This document shows positions 31,650 to 50,369 of a stretch of 64,000 bases of DNA, one piece after another. Origin of the DNA: the human T2T-CHM13v2.0 reference genome, Homo sapiens; NCBI RefSeq assembly GCF_009914755.1, contig NC_060948.1. One strand, given 5' to 3'. The position numbers were made by a program, and so were the translations under genes. How positions within the stretch are numbered: position 1 is the stretch's first letter; every line of letters starts with the position of its first letter. The notes beneath the pieces were generated by a model. It searched no databases, was not told where the DNA came from, and worked only from the letters and a program-made list of their open reading frames with translations.

Positions 31650-32995
31650 ATGATGAATTCTGTTTCCAAAGATGCCCCATTCTCCCAACCCATAAATTCT
31701 TTAGCAATGTTGCCTTCACATTAAATGCTGCAGTCTTTTCTTGAAACTGAGCTGGTTCTAGGCTCTGTTTTGATCAGTAAAATGTGATGAAAGTGAAACT
31801 ATGTCATTTCCTAAGATGGGATTCCAGAGATCTGCAGACCTCACCTTTGTTGCTGTGAACACTCCTTCTTGGAACTCAGCTGCCATTCTGTAAGGACGCT
31901 CAAGCTATCATTAGGATAGAGTCACACGGAGAAGAACCATAGCCTCTGACCAGCAGCCTCAGCTTTGCTGTCTACCACCAATCTCTCAGCTGGACACATG
32001 AGTGAAGTCTTTTTAAACCCTGTACCCCAGACAAGCCATCATTTGAAGCAGCTAAATAAATGCCCCAATGTAACCACCCAACGGGTTCACCTTGCCCTCT
32101 TACTAGACAGAGCCAATTTATCGACAGGGCAATTGCAGTGGAGAAAGAGTAATTCACACAGAGCTGGTTGTGTGGAAGACCAGAGTTTTAATATTACTCA
32201 TATCAGTCTCCCAGAGCATTCAGAGATTGAAGTTTTTAGGGATAATTGGGTGAGTAGGGGCTCAGGAAGAAGGGAGTGCTGATTGGTTGGGTTGGAGATA
32301 TAATCAAAGAGGGTCGAAGTAAGGTTTTCTTTCTGTCTTCTATTCCTGGGTGGGATTGCAGAACTGGTTGAATGAGATTACTGGTATGGGAGGTATCAGC
32401 TGGTAAATCCACTACAAGGTCTGCAAAATACCTTAAGTACTAATCTTAGGCTTTATAATAGTGATGTGCCCAGGAGCAATTTGGGGAGGTTCAGACACTT
32501 GAAGCCAGAGACTGCATGGCCCCTAAACTGTTATTTCTAATTTTGCAGCTAATCCTTAAGTACTGCAAAGGCAGATTGGTTCTCAGGCAAGGGAGGTTTT
32601 TGTTTGTTTGTTTGTTTTTTGTTTTTTGTTTTTATTTTTGGCGGGGGTGAAGGGGAAAGGAAAGAACTATGATCAATTTTGTGTGGGACTTACACTATAA
32701 ACTAAATTCCTTCTCAAAGTTAGTTCAGCCTATGCCTAGAAATGAGCATGGACAAGTTAAATGCTAGAAACAAGATGGAGTCAGTTAGGTCTTATCTCTT
32801 TCACTGTCATAATTTCCTCAGTTACAATTTTTGCAAAGGCAGTTTCAGCAACCATCATCATGAAAAGTAGAACCTCCTCCCCCACTGTAGCTGATCTCAA
32901 ACCCTGATCTATACAGGTTCATGAAGAAATAGAGTGGTTGTCTTCAGTCACTAATTTTTAGGCTCATGTATTACATACCAATTGGTAACTGAAAC
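31650..32995 (+). mobile_element. MLT1 LTR split by LTR8
   Basis: MLT1 motifs either side (ggaactcagctgccattctgtaagga; ttggtaactgaaac). Confidence 0.6.
32069..32847 (-). mobile_element. LTR8-family ERV1 solo LTR
   Basis: tgtaacc...ttttgcaaaggcagtttca termini; flanks ccaa/gcaa. Confidence 0.87.
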
Positions 32996-33004
32996 TATTC
33001 TATT

Positions 33005-33299
<295 letters not shown>

Positions 33300-33300
<1 letters not shown>

Positions 33301-33860
33301 TCTATTTGAAATTTATCTGGAGTTGCATCTCATGAATAGATGTAAGATCAAGACTGATTTGCCTCTAAAACATTGAATATCCCTATCTCTGCTTATGGTA
33401 CCATTTTCCTGAAAGAAAAATTAGTTTTCAGTGCCTTGGCCTTGGATTACAGACTTATTTACTCATTGGCAAACTTCATCAACCCTTTTACTATTCTAAT
33501 GATGACATTATTTATACTAATTTCTTGTATGTTATTTTGTATTATTCTGCAGCTATATAATGATAATATTTTCTTTATCTTTATAAACAAATAACCCTTC
33601 CTATTTCTCTTACATTTTGAATGTCAGGAATCCTAATAGAGCACTGAGTAATAAAAGGTGATTATAAGAATCAGTGTCTTTTTTACTTTGAAGCATAGAA
33701 ATGTATGCACATTTATATGAGTGTTTGAAGCTTTCAGTATCAGATTTTTTAATGGTTTGATAGAACACATTTATGATTTTTAGATTTACTAGATTTTTGA
33801 TGAGAGATTCTATTTTTCTAATGGAAACTTGTCTTTTGAGAGTTTTGTGTCATTGTTCAT
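33300..33860 (-). mobile_element. Highly diverged L1M/L1ME ORF2 fragments
   Basis: Weak similarity to antisense L1 ORF2 motifs. Confidence 0.45.
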
Positions 33861-33869
33861 AAATTCAAA

Positions 33870-34250
33870 ACATTTAGGGTGGTCTATTACATTCTAAGGT
33901 GTTGTAATAGATTGGTGAAGAAAACCAAATAAAGTTTCTACTTTCATGAACTTTTTTTTCTTCCTGGAGTGAACAAAGGAAAAGAATGTGTAAAGTAAGT
34001 AACTTGTGTGGCATTTTGGGAATTGATGCTTGCTATTGAAACATAGAAAAGTGCATTGGCTTAAGTGGGTGGAAAGCACTGCAGAGGGGAGCCAGACATT
34101 GCATTGAAGAGTGGCCAGGGTCCCTTTCCTTGGGGAGGTGGTGTTGGAGCAATGATTTGAAAGTGGTGGTGAGAAAGTTGGTAAAGCAGGTATCTGGGGG
34201 ACTAGGTCACTAGGGAGTGAAAATACCAAAATTAATATCCCCAAATTGTT
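33870..34250. mobile_element. L2 fragment
   Basis: tctactttcatgaactt...gtggccagggtcccttt...gaggtggtgttggagc. Confidence 0.5.
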
Positions 34251-36939
34251 CCAGGAAGATCCAAGGATCCAGGAGAGATGAAACTTATTGAACAAAAACA
34301 TACATAGGATACCAGATTCAATACAGAACCAAGAGTAAGCCTTTGGGTGATGCTGAAAATCATGCATGGTCAAACTTCTTTCATTAGCAATTCATGGGTC
34401 TATCATTCCCACACCTGCTGCTTAAAAAAAATGCATTGTACTTTAAGCCAGCCATAACTTTATGGGATAATTATTCCAATTAGAACATTTTTCTCTGCCT
34501 AGCATAAAATTTTCACCATTTTTTCTATTACATTTAATCAAACAAGTAATAACTAAGTGCATCTGTAGTTTGGAAAATAAAATGAAACAAAAGGAGAAGG
34601 AGTAAAAGTAAAAATTCTAACCGTCCCTTTCCCCACAATAATAACCCCATGCCTGATACATATATTAGGAATTTGAAGAATCTCCCTGAGTCCTGCTACA
34701 TCAGCACTTTTGGGATTAATCCATGGGTGTTGAAAGGAATGAATTGTATGTTTGGGGAAATGATTCAGATTACCTTTGCTAATTGTTTCTTTGAAATCCT
34801 GAGTATTTCAAATATGTTCGAATTAACATGAAATACCGGTTTCTGAGGAAATATGATTAAAGTCTCTAAATATAAATAGGCCTTTTCAATTTGTTTTTTA
34901 ATTTCTACAGTGATTGCTCCATGGTTATTGAAGTTTCTTAAAGAATCATACTACATATAGTTATAAAATAACTCTCTTTTCTCAGTTACATTTTCATCCT
35001 GGGTTTTATATTAATTTAATAGTTACACTATTTTCCTGAAAGAAAAATCAGTTTTCTGTGCCTTGGTCTTGGATTACAGACTTATTTACTCATTGGCAAA
35101 CTTCATCAGCCATTTTACTATTCTAATGATAATATTATTTACACTTTATTTGTCACTGTTTACCTGGGATAATATTTCTATTGCTTTATTTTCAACTTTT
35201 TCTTTGTTATTTATGTTTTAAGTATTTTTAAATTAAACCATATAGCTGGATGGTGCTTTTCTTATCCAATATAAGAATGTTTTAATTTTGATGAGTATCT
35301 TATTTAGTTTGCATTTGTTAATGTATCCATTTTATCTCATGTTTTCTTTTATATTCCAACTGGCATATGAGTGTTTCTTTTGTCATTCCTTTTATTATTT
35401 TTCCATCTGTTGTTCTTGCTAGACTGAGTATGAGTAAAGTGGTCTTCTTGTGCCAGATGGCTATGTGTGAACTTATTTACATTCACATCTGTTGTAGACC
35501 TAAAATCAATAAAGCTGTAAATATTCTTTAAAAAACATATTTAGGGCTTAGGTCAATATTAGAAGTAATTATCACATATTCTTCAATTTGTGGAGTTTTT
35601 GGAATAAGCCAAAATCCTTTAACACCTAAAAAAGGATAGCATACTAATGTATTGATAATTAACACTCAGAGTCAAATTTCTAAGTAATTTTCATTTCTGT
35701 CAGTATTCATTAGAATTAAATTTTACTGTGTGCACAAGCCTTAATCTAATCAGAAAATCCATTAAAAAAAAAAAAAAAAAACTTCTCTGATCAGTCATGG
35801 GAAGAAAAAATTTGGCATCATTACCCAAAAGGCAGCAAACTGTATGAAATCTAAGACATTGTTTACACTAAACTTATTTTCATATTCCCTGGCACTGCAT
35901 AATTCAAACCCCCCCTGTGCTAAATGGGATATTTTCATCTTTAACATGAAGAGGAAAAAATATAACCTTTTAAAAGCAAATATTCAGGTGGGAATGTTAG
36001 GTGTTTGCCTGAAAAGCCATTCATTTTTGCTTCAGCAAAGCAATTTGCAGTAGAGAATGATTTCCATCTCAGCTAGAAGACTGGAAAATGAGACTGTAAG
36101 TGGGAGTGTTTTACCGGGCCTCTTAGCTTTGGATCCCAGTCTTGCCAAGCTACGTGATGATATTTTAGCACTTTTTGTAATCTTGCCCTGATTTTCAGAG
36201 GATGTGTTTGGGTTTTCTGCCATTTAGTGCTCTGGTTGGAATTTGAATCTGGATGGATCTTTAGGCAAATTTAAATTTTGGTTTATGAATGAAGAGCAGA
36301 CCTTTTTATAATGATTCCCAAATTAAACAAAATTCTTCAAATACAAATGGTAATTGGCTTATTTCAATCTCAAAGGAGTTGGCATTCACAGGAAACATTC
36401 CCAACTTTCTTGTGTGGGGCAGTCCGTAGAATACAAACATTAGCCAAGCAGAGGCCTCAAAGGCCTGTGTATTTCTACAGTCACAGTGAACTCAACAAAA
36501 TTGAATTCTGCAAGTTCTTTCTTAAAAGTATGCATTAGCATAGATATAAATAGAATAACTACTTTCCCTTGGAGGTGAAAGTAACTTGCTGTAGGAAAAA
36601 AAATATTTTCTCTAACATCATATTAGAAATCTCTTCTCTCTCTTTGACTAAAACTATCTGCCTTACTAATTAAAAATTTGAAGGATGCTGAGAAACGTGG
36701 AGCTTTGAGTAAGAATAAAAGAACATTCTAGTATTGAAAGAAGACAGCTTTCAGAGTTTGAAAGAACAACATTCTTAGAACTTGCATATATATACTTAGG
36801 AAAATTAAAAATGACCATCTGTGCAAATGGTCATAAACTCAGGTAGCAGTAGAATCCTGGCACAGGGGTGTGAAGAATTTACTCTGAATTCCTGAGCTAT
36901 TTTCCCTTTGCTAAATCATTTACATCTCTAAGACACAAG

Positions 36940-37068
36940 TTTCTTTCTTTACCTTTCTTTCTTTCCTTCCTTCCTCTCTTTCTTTCTCTCTTTCTTTTTC
37001 TTTCTTTCTTTTTCTTTTTCTTTCTTCCTCTCTTTCTTCCCCTTCCTTCCTTCCTTTCTTTCTTCTTC

Positions 37069-37131
<63 letters not shown>

Positions 37132-37146
37132 TCCTTCTTCTCTCCT

Positions 37147-37155
<9 letters not shown>
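36940..37155. repeat. Complex CT-rich STR with uninterrupted (CTTT)16 at 37069-37132, derived from an Alu tail
   Basis: Direct count. Confidence 0.95.
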
Positions 37156-37438
<283 letters not shown>

Positions 37439-37443
37439 TCAAC

Positions 37444-37525
37444 TTTCTTTTTTTATATTTTATTTTATGTTCTGGAGTACAGGTGCAGGATGTGCAGGTC
37501 TATTGCACAGGCACACATTTACCTA
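37444..37525 (-). mobile_element. L1PA 3' tip (~80 bp)
   Basis: ttctggagtacaggtgcaggatgtgcagg preceded by T-rich tail. Confidence 0.7.
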
Positions 37526-38012
37526 GGTTCAACTTTCTCAGTTGTAAAAAGCCAATAAATTATAAGACAGTGTTTGTGCACTTTAGACAGTTACAGAATT
37601 ATTCATTACTTTGAATGTTGTTCTGAATTTGTGGAGGAACTAGATTTGGATTACTAAAAGTTACTGGTGAGAACATTTATTCAAGAGTAACATTTTGGAA
37701 ACCCATTGCCTTCCAAGACTGAAGTCAAGTTTCAAGTGCAGCACTGCAGAGAGGTAATGAAACCACTTTTGCAAAATTTATAACACTAAGAAAATTATGA
37801 CTGTGAAAGAGATCTGTCCTAACTCCATCTTTCCTTTAGTCTCCAAACTGCCCTGGTCATTCCTCGGCATGTGCCAAACTAACTTTGGGAGAACTTCAGT
37901 TTGTACTTTAAATGATAATAGCCCTTCCCAAAATTAAACTGCCTTTGTAAAACTAATGAAAGGCCACCAGCTTAGGAGAATGACAGCTGCCTGAAGTGTG
38001 CTAATATATAGG

Positions 38013-38381
38013 TGACATGGTTTGTCTGTGTCCCCACCCAAATCTCATCTTGAATTAAAGCTCCCAAAATTTTCATGTGTCATGGGAAGGACCTGGTTGG
38101 AGATAATTGAATCATGGGGGTGGGTTTTTCCCATGTTATTCTCGTGATAGGAAATAAGTCTTATAGGTCTGACGGTTTTATAAGAGAGAGTTCTTCTGCA
38201 CCTATTCTCTCTTGACTGCCACCATGTAAAATGCACCTTTGCTTCTCCTTTGCCTTCTGCCATGATTGTGAGGCCTCCCTAGACATGTGGAACTGTGAGT
38301 CCATTAAATCTCTTTCCTTTATAAAGAGACATACCAGTCTCAGATACGTTTTTATTAACAGCATGAAAACACACTAATACA
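38013..38381 (+). mobile_element. THE1/MST (MaLR) solo LTR nested in LTR8
   Basis: tgacatggtttgtctgtgtccccacccaaatctcatc...actaataca; perfect 5-bp TSD atagg. Confidence 0.92.
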
Positions 38382-38470
38382 ATAGGTGAAGTTAAACCAT
38401 TACCATTACCAACCATTATTCTGAAGGTCACAAGATTTGCAAATTCCTGAAATTCTCCTGTAAATAACAT

Positions 38471-39020
38471 TGCTGGGCCAGGTGTCAGAGCCCCAGCTTC
38501 AGGAATTGGTCACCTTCAGGTTGATAAGAATTCACCAACAACAGTGTAGGTTTGTAAAAGGAAGTTCTACAAGATAGAAAGAACACCGTAGCAGGGTGCA
38601 GGGGGAGAGGAGTACCTTAGTGAGAGAGGACTGAGAGCACTGCAGTAGATTTTTCTGTAGAGGTGTTTATGAAACTTAAAGGGGTAGGTGAAGGGTAATT
38701 TTCATGATAAATGATTACATTTGTAGACATTTTGGTGCCTTTATGTGGGCAAATGTTATACAATGAGTTTCAGTTTGCATGCATTTGGAGATGTGTAGAA
38801 ATTCTAATTACTTATGAAAATTGAGAGTCCTGGAAACAGATGCTACCTTTAGATACCAGGGAAGTTTAATTACTTCTAAATTCCCCAGATGAAGTTTGTC
38901 TCTGGATGTCCTGTTTGATGGTCATCAGGTGGTCTTTGTTTTCTTCTAAATTCCTCAGAGAGGGAGTTTTTGTCACAAGGACCTGTTCAATGGTCCCTAG
39001 GTGATATTCACTCTTCTTAA
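38471..39020 (-). mobile_element. ERV1-class solo LTR (family not assigned) nested in LTR8
   Basis: Interrupts LTR8 at aacat|cactattgtagaacc; acat duplicated on both sides. Confidence 0.72.
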
Positions 39021-39640
39021 ACATCACTATTGTAGAACCTAAGACTGGCCTTTTTTGATGTCTTTTCAGATTTTTACATTTCTGATGACCAGATGGCTCC
39101 AGACTCAAGATTCATGACTCAGTGATCCTGTGGTCCCAGCTAGAAGGGAACTCAGCACACAAGGACCATCTTCCACACCCCTCTGATTGCATACACAACC
39201 AATTGGCAGCATTCATTCTCTAGCCCACTGGCTGTCAAACTGTCTCCACATTTTTGATGAGGCTGATTTGGACAATAATAAAACTCTGGTCTCCCATTTA
39301 GCTGGCTCTATGTGAATTAAACTCTTTCTCTATTGCAATTCCCCTGTCTTGATAGATCAGCTCTATCTGGGCAGTGGGCAAGATGAACCCATTGGGCAGT
39401 TACAGGAAGGCAGCAGGAATCTTTAGATTAAGACCAGATGTGAGGGCTGCATCATCATGACATGAGGCATGAAACCAAATCAGTCTCTTTTGACCCTGAA
39501 GAATTTACCAGGGCTTTTATGCTCCTGCCAAATAGAGTTGAGCCAACTGGCAGGGCATAGAACTGTGAATTCTGCAAAATGGATATGGCTTAGAGAAAAA
39601 TGGGATGACTATGCAATGATCAGTGATTCCTAGATAAGCT

Positions 39641-40231
39641 TGTAATCATAATAGATTCACTGTGTGATGTACACAGCAATATGGAGAGACATTGGATTGC
39701 AACACAGAAAGATAGCCTCCAAACAAAGAGAGAAGAGAAAACCTCAAATTCATCTTTCAAGGAATTTGGTGCCAGGGTTTTTAAGAGTTTTAGAGTGGGC
39801 TGAAGTGTGGAGATGGTTGATTGGTGGGAGACTGCAGGATAGAGTCACGAGTCAGAGAGAGGAAGAAGCTGTGTTCTCATGCTGATCGCATTCCTCTGTG
39901 GACATCTTCAAATTGTTGCCAGAATTCAGGGCCTGAAAAACATTTTAAGAAATTCTTAAACAAATGTCTTATGATTCTAATGTCAGAGATATTGCCTATA
40001 GGAGCAATGAGGATATAAAACAGTATTAACAATTCTTAAACAGTATTATGATGCTAATGTCAGATATCCTATCTGTAGGAGCATTATGGATACAGATTAG
40101 TTTCTAGTGCTACAGGGCTTTTAGCAACAGGGATGTGGGCCAAAGTACAGCCTGATTCATACTTAATTACAAGTGTGTTTATGTCCAGAACCTGACATGC
40201 AATTCTTGTTAACCCTGTGAGGATGGTTTCT
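39641..40231 (-). mobile_element. ERV1 (MER4-group) solo LTR, family uncertain
   Basis: tgtaatc... start and ...aattcttgttaaccctgtgaggatggtttc end; internal ~80-bp repeat. Confidence 0.72.
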
Positions 40232-40596
40232 ATAGTTCACAGGACCATGTATTTTGCAACATGGATACAGATGAGAAAAAAATTGAATGACTATGCAATG
40301 ATCAGAGATTTCCTGATATATTTAGAAATTGTTGTATTATAGACCGAGAGCAAGCTAGCCATGGTTAATGAGCAGCCCCCAAAGACAGTTTCAGTGTCTG
40401 CTTCATTGCTTCTGCAAAATTTCACCTTTAGATTGCACTCATGTCCTTGACCCTAGGAGGAACAACAGGTAAATAATGCACCTGGATAGCCCCTGAGTGA
40501 TACCTCCTGCATCTGTATCAGCTCATTCTAAGAGCAGATTCTGACCTTGAAGCTACTCTGTGTCCTATCAGTTGGCTTGCTCTGCAAGCCTATTTT

Positions 40597-41915
40597 TGAA
40601 ACTGCATTTGTAAAAATTATGACAGTGAGAGAAAGCTAATATAACTGACTCCATATTGCTTTTAATCTTACAAGTGAACTGCCTTCATTAACTTTAAAAA
40701 CTTCATAAACTTTGAAAACTTTATTTTAAAGTTAAAACAAAGATGACATGATTCCTTCTCAAAACTAACCCCTTCCTTTCTTAGGGAGAGAAATAACCTT
40801 TATAATACTAATGGAAAGCCACAAGGTTAGGATTATGGGGATGGGGGACCTGATTTCTGATAAGATGTAGGTGTATTTAAATCTTAACCAGCCATTGTTC
40901 CCTGGTTTGCCTTTCTGTAGCATCTTACTGCCCAAGAGTCATTTAGCTGGAGGTCAAAAGATTTTTAACTTCCCCATTTGCTTCTAGAGATAGCAACATT
41001 ACTGTGAAAACCTAAGATTGGTCTTTGAGATATTTTTCAGACGTCTGCTTTCTGGCTAAATGACTGACCTGACATCAGCCAAATCTACCCAGACCCATGA
41101 GTCATGACTCATGACTCAACTAGTCTTGTGGCCCTCACCCAGAGGTGGAATTGGCATACGAGGACTGTTTCCCACACCCCTGTGATTTCATCCCCAACCC
41201 ATCAGGAGTACCTATTCCCTAGCCTCTTGTTCACCAAATTATCCTTAACCTTTCTCCCATTTAGGAAAAAAAATATTACAGCTTTCTGCCAGCAATCATT
41301 TAATTTTACATGAACACACTCTTTGAGGTTGAAGCTGGCATGACTGATTTTCAACGTGAAAATAAAAGGTAAAACTGTTGTAGTTATTACTAAAGAAAAA
41401 TAATATCAAAGTTGTCTAAATCATCAGAATTGTCTATTTTGGGAAAACGGGATTCATCAAATGAACCTTTGGTCAATAAATGTTGGAGATCAATGTTAAC
41501 ATCACACATAGCAAAGATATGTCTTCTAGGATTTGATATTTTCAGCTATCAAGAATTACTGTACTTAGTAAATGGAAATACCATTACTATGAACGGAATG
41601 CTAAAAATAGAATGATGTCTTTTGTTTCCGAAGTCAATATACTACAGCGAAGCAATAATAATAATAAAAGCGAGATATTTCATGGCAAAGTTATCTCGGG
41701 GTAAATGTTGGCAGAACTGCCAGTGACTATTCTCACCACAAACAGGAAAAGGTTAAAAACCCTAGCTTCTGAGCTGCCAGAGAGGCAGATTTGAGAAATG
41801 TCTCCCATTCTTCCACTGGGCTTCCTTGCAATAATTTAACTCTTTCTGTACTACATCACTTTTTTAGTGAATTGATTTTGCGAAGCAGACAAGAAAAACC
41901 AATTGAGTAGTTACA
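40597..41915 (+). mobile_element. LTR8B-like ERV1 solo LTR interrupted by MER75
   Basis: tgaaactgcatttgtaaaaattatgacagtgag...aaccaattgagtagttaca. Confidence 0.8.
41249..41752 (-). mobile_element. MER75 piggyBac MITE, copy 2
   Basis: Colinear with 13948-14451; perfect TTAA duplication (41245-41248 / 41753-41756). Confidence 0.9.
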
Positions 41916-41919
41916 TTTT

Positions 41920-47307
<5,388 letters not shown>

Positions 47308-47327
47308 TATAGAATCCTTCTCAGCCT

Positions 47328-47630
47328 GGGCTGGGCACTGTGGTTTAAGCCTGTAACACCAGCACTTTGGGAGGCCGAGACAGCAGATCACTAGGTAAGG
47401 AGTTCAAGACCAAATCAGCCTGACCAAGATGGTGAAACCCCATCTCTACTAAAAATACAAAAATTAGATGGGCATGGTGGCATATGCCTGTAGTCCCAGC
47501 TACTCAGGAGGCTGAGGCAGAAGAATCACTTGAACCTGGGAGGTGGAGGTTGCAGTGAGCCAAGATTGCAGCAGCCTGGGTGAAAAAGTAAAACTCTGTC
47601 TCAAAAAAAAAAAAAAGAAAAAGAAAAAAA
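47328..47630 (+). mobile_element. AluS
   Basis: Full dimer with A tail. Confidence 0.93.
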
Positions 47631-48651
47631 GGAATTCTCCTAAGCCTGTGAGTGAAAGCCTGGAATGTCTTGCTCTTTTGGCAAAATGTTTTCCTGATTT
47701 TTGACCTCTAATCCAGCCATTGACTACACCTTCTCCTGAGATTGTATGTGACTCAAATTCTTTCTGCCTCTCATTTATCTTCTGGAATTTCTGGCTACCT
47801 TGCCTGCCCACTGTTTAAGCTTCTAGACATTGATGTTTCCATTACCTGATGTAAGCTTGGGACACCTGGTTGGACCAGCTAGAGATGACAGCTAGCTGGT
47901 TTGTTCCAGCCTGTGTTCTGTATCATAAGGGCTTCTTCTCTTGCTTTGGTTTTGTTTCTCTTTTTTTGCTGTTGGTGTTGTTGGTACGAGCATAAGACTA
48001 CTACTCTTGTAAAAGAAGAGCTATAATAAAGGGGAAACATTGAACCCCAGAGAGATCAACCCACCAAGAGATGACTTTCACATCACTTGCAATATCCATC
48101 TTATTTATTGGCTCCAATAATAGCCTTCTCACTACCTTACAGGCTCAAAATGGTAAGAGATCTCCTCCTTTGATGCAAAAAGGGTTCTGTTCCTGGACTG
48201 AGTTCAGACGGTGAGTTTAAGCTCCCTCTGTCAAGGTCATATAACTTGTGTTAGAATAACTAACTTGTGTCCATCTCATAAACTGATTAAAATTTTCAAT
48301 ATGTTTAATGAGGGAGAGCTACCACTGTACCTGCGAAACATATGTTTTGTCATATGTTTTTCCCTTTATCTGAGACAGCCAACAATTTTGATCACTTTCA
48401 ATTATATTTTGTGTGCTAGCTCAGACAATCACGGGGGGCTACAAACAATTCAGGCATAGAGTGCATATGTCTGTGAAATGCTTATTTTGATCTCACTGGA
48501 TGCTCTCATTTCCTGTCTTAAGTCAAATGATTCTATGCCACGGAGGTCCAATTTGAATATTGAGAACATATTTCAGAAAAATAAAGGACAGTATTTCTAC
48601 CAGATCATTGGCCAGTATATACTGCCATACAAAGAGTGTTTTTTAAAAAAA

Positions 48652-48958
48652 TATTTATTTATTCATTTATTTTTGAAACAGAACCTTGCTCTGTTCCCAA
48701 GGCTGGAATATACTGTTGTCATCTCAGTTCACTGCAGCTTTGACTTCCCAGGCTCAAGTTATCCTACCACCTCAGACTCTTCATTAGCTGGGACTACAGG
48801 GCACCACACCCAGCTAATTTTTTAAATTATTATTTATAGCAGAGATGGGGGTCTCACTATGTTGCCTAGGCTGGTCTGGAACTCCTGAACTCAAACAGTT
48901 CTCCTACCTCGGCCTCTCAAAGTATTGGGATTTCAGAGATGAGACATTGCACCCAGCC
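48652..48958 (-). mobile_element. AluJ-like
   Basis: Diverged dimer. Confidence 0.9.
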
Positions 48959-49119
48959 AGAGATTGTTGTTTATAAATATAAAGGAAGAAGCATTTCTGA
49001 GAGAATGTTTAATGAAAACTCATTTTTTGACTTTCTAAGGATGGTCAAATCTCCATAAGCAATGTGGTACACATCTGCAGGTGTCTGATTGTTGATATTA
49101 TTGATTATAGAAAAAGTAT

Positions 49120-49488
49120 CAATTTTGTTTATCTCAATAGCTTTTGGGGGAACAGGTCATGATCAGTAACATGAATAAGTTCTTTAGTGGTGATTTCTGA
49201 GATTTTGGTGTACCTGTCACCAAGCAGTGTACACTATACCCAATGTTTAGTCTTTTATCCCTCACCCCCCTCCCACCCATACATCTTACTCCCCAAAGTC
49301 AATTGCATCATTCTTGTGCTTTTGCATCCTCATAGCTTAGCTCCCACTTATAAGTGAGAATATATGATGTTTGGGTTTCCTTTCCAGAGTTACTTCATTG
49401 AGAATAAAGGTCTCCAATTCCATCCAGATAGCTGAAAATGCTATTATTTCATTCCTTTTTATCACTGAGTAGTATTTTATGGTATCTT

Positions 49489-49536
<48 letters not shown>

Positions 49537-49615
49537 CACAGTTTCTTTATCCACTTGTTGATTAATGGGCATGTTCCATATTTTTGCAGTTGTGTATTTT
49601 GCTACTATAAACATG
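49120..49615 (-). mobile_element. L1PB-type 3' fragment hosting the TCTA STR
   Basis: tttgggggaacagg...aagttctttagtggtgatttctgagattttggtg. Confidence 0.85.
49489..49532. repeat. (TCTA)11 tetranucleotide STR, probably Y-STR DYS537
   Basis: Repeat counted directly. Flanks ggtctccaattccatccaga (49409-49428) and tgattaatgggcatgttcca (49559-49578) match the DYS537 primers as recalled from memory (unverified). Confidence 0.75.
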
Positions 49616-49639
49616 GGTGGGTAAGGATCTGGAAAAAAA

Positions 49640-49900
49640 ATTAATTCATTGTAGTAGAAAGAAACACAGCATAATTCACCATATTAACCTTTTTTTAAGT
49701 ATACAGTTTAGTAGTGTTCAGTAAATTTACACTGCTGTTCAACAGATCTCCAGAATATTTTCATCTTGCAGAACTAAAACTCTGTATCTATTAAACACAG
49801 CTCCTCTCAGTCCTCTGTATCTATTAAACACAACTCCCCTGGGTCTTCTTCCCATGTGGCCTGATAAACACCATTCTGTTTTCTGTATCTATGACTACTA
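49640..49900 (-). mobile_element. L1MB 3' fragment
   Basis: ttaagtatacagttta...ccagaatattttcatcttgcagaactaaaactctg. Confidence 0.72.
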
Positions 49901-50369
49901 TTTGTTTCTTTCTATACACACATGATTTTAAGGTCCTTTCATGTTACTATGGGGATTTTTCATGATTTGCAACTTCTCTCAGTTCTTTACACATAAGGTA
50001 AAATCAATATTAACTACTTAATGTACTGTTGCTACAAAATTATGCTCTGGGACACATTAAATAATATATTTGAAAGTACTCTGGATACCAGAAAGTTACT
50101 TAGAAATATAACTAGACATTAATTCTATAGAGAAAATGAAATAAGTTTTGTCTGTCCCAAATGTGTCAAATTGATTAGAAATAGCAACAGATTAGTAGTA
50201 GAGCCTTGCAAATTTATAACTGATTCTTACTTAAGGTATTTATACTTCTGCTTTGTCCCATACGGATGTCATTAAATGACAACATACAGATTTTCTGTTG
50301 CATAAATATACTCTTGATTCTTCAGAGTTTATGACACTGTAAAAAATACTTTTTTTACAAAAAGATATC

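Larger units (their letters stand above)
37758..39404 (+). mobile_element. LTR8/LTR8A-family solo LTR carrying two nested LTRs
   Basis: tgaaaccacttttgcaaaa...gaacccattgggcagttaca; flanks gtaa/ggaa. Confidence 0.85.

Noticed and set aside
33894-34373. 159-aa minus-strand ORF
   Set aside because: Overlaps an L2 remnant; non-ATG start; no coding signature
37758-41915. Two co-oriented LTR8-like LTRs as a deleted provirus
   Set aside because: The LTRs differ substantially, and the first has its own near-TSD. No primer-binding site or gag/pol remnant lies between them
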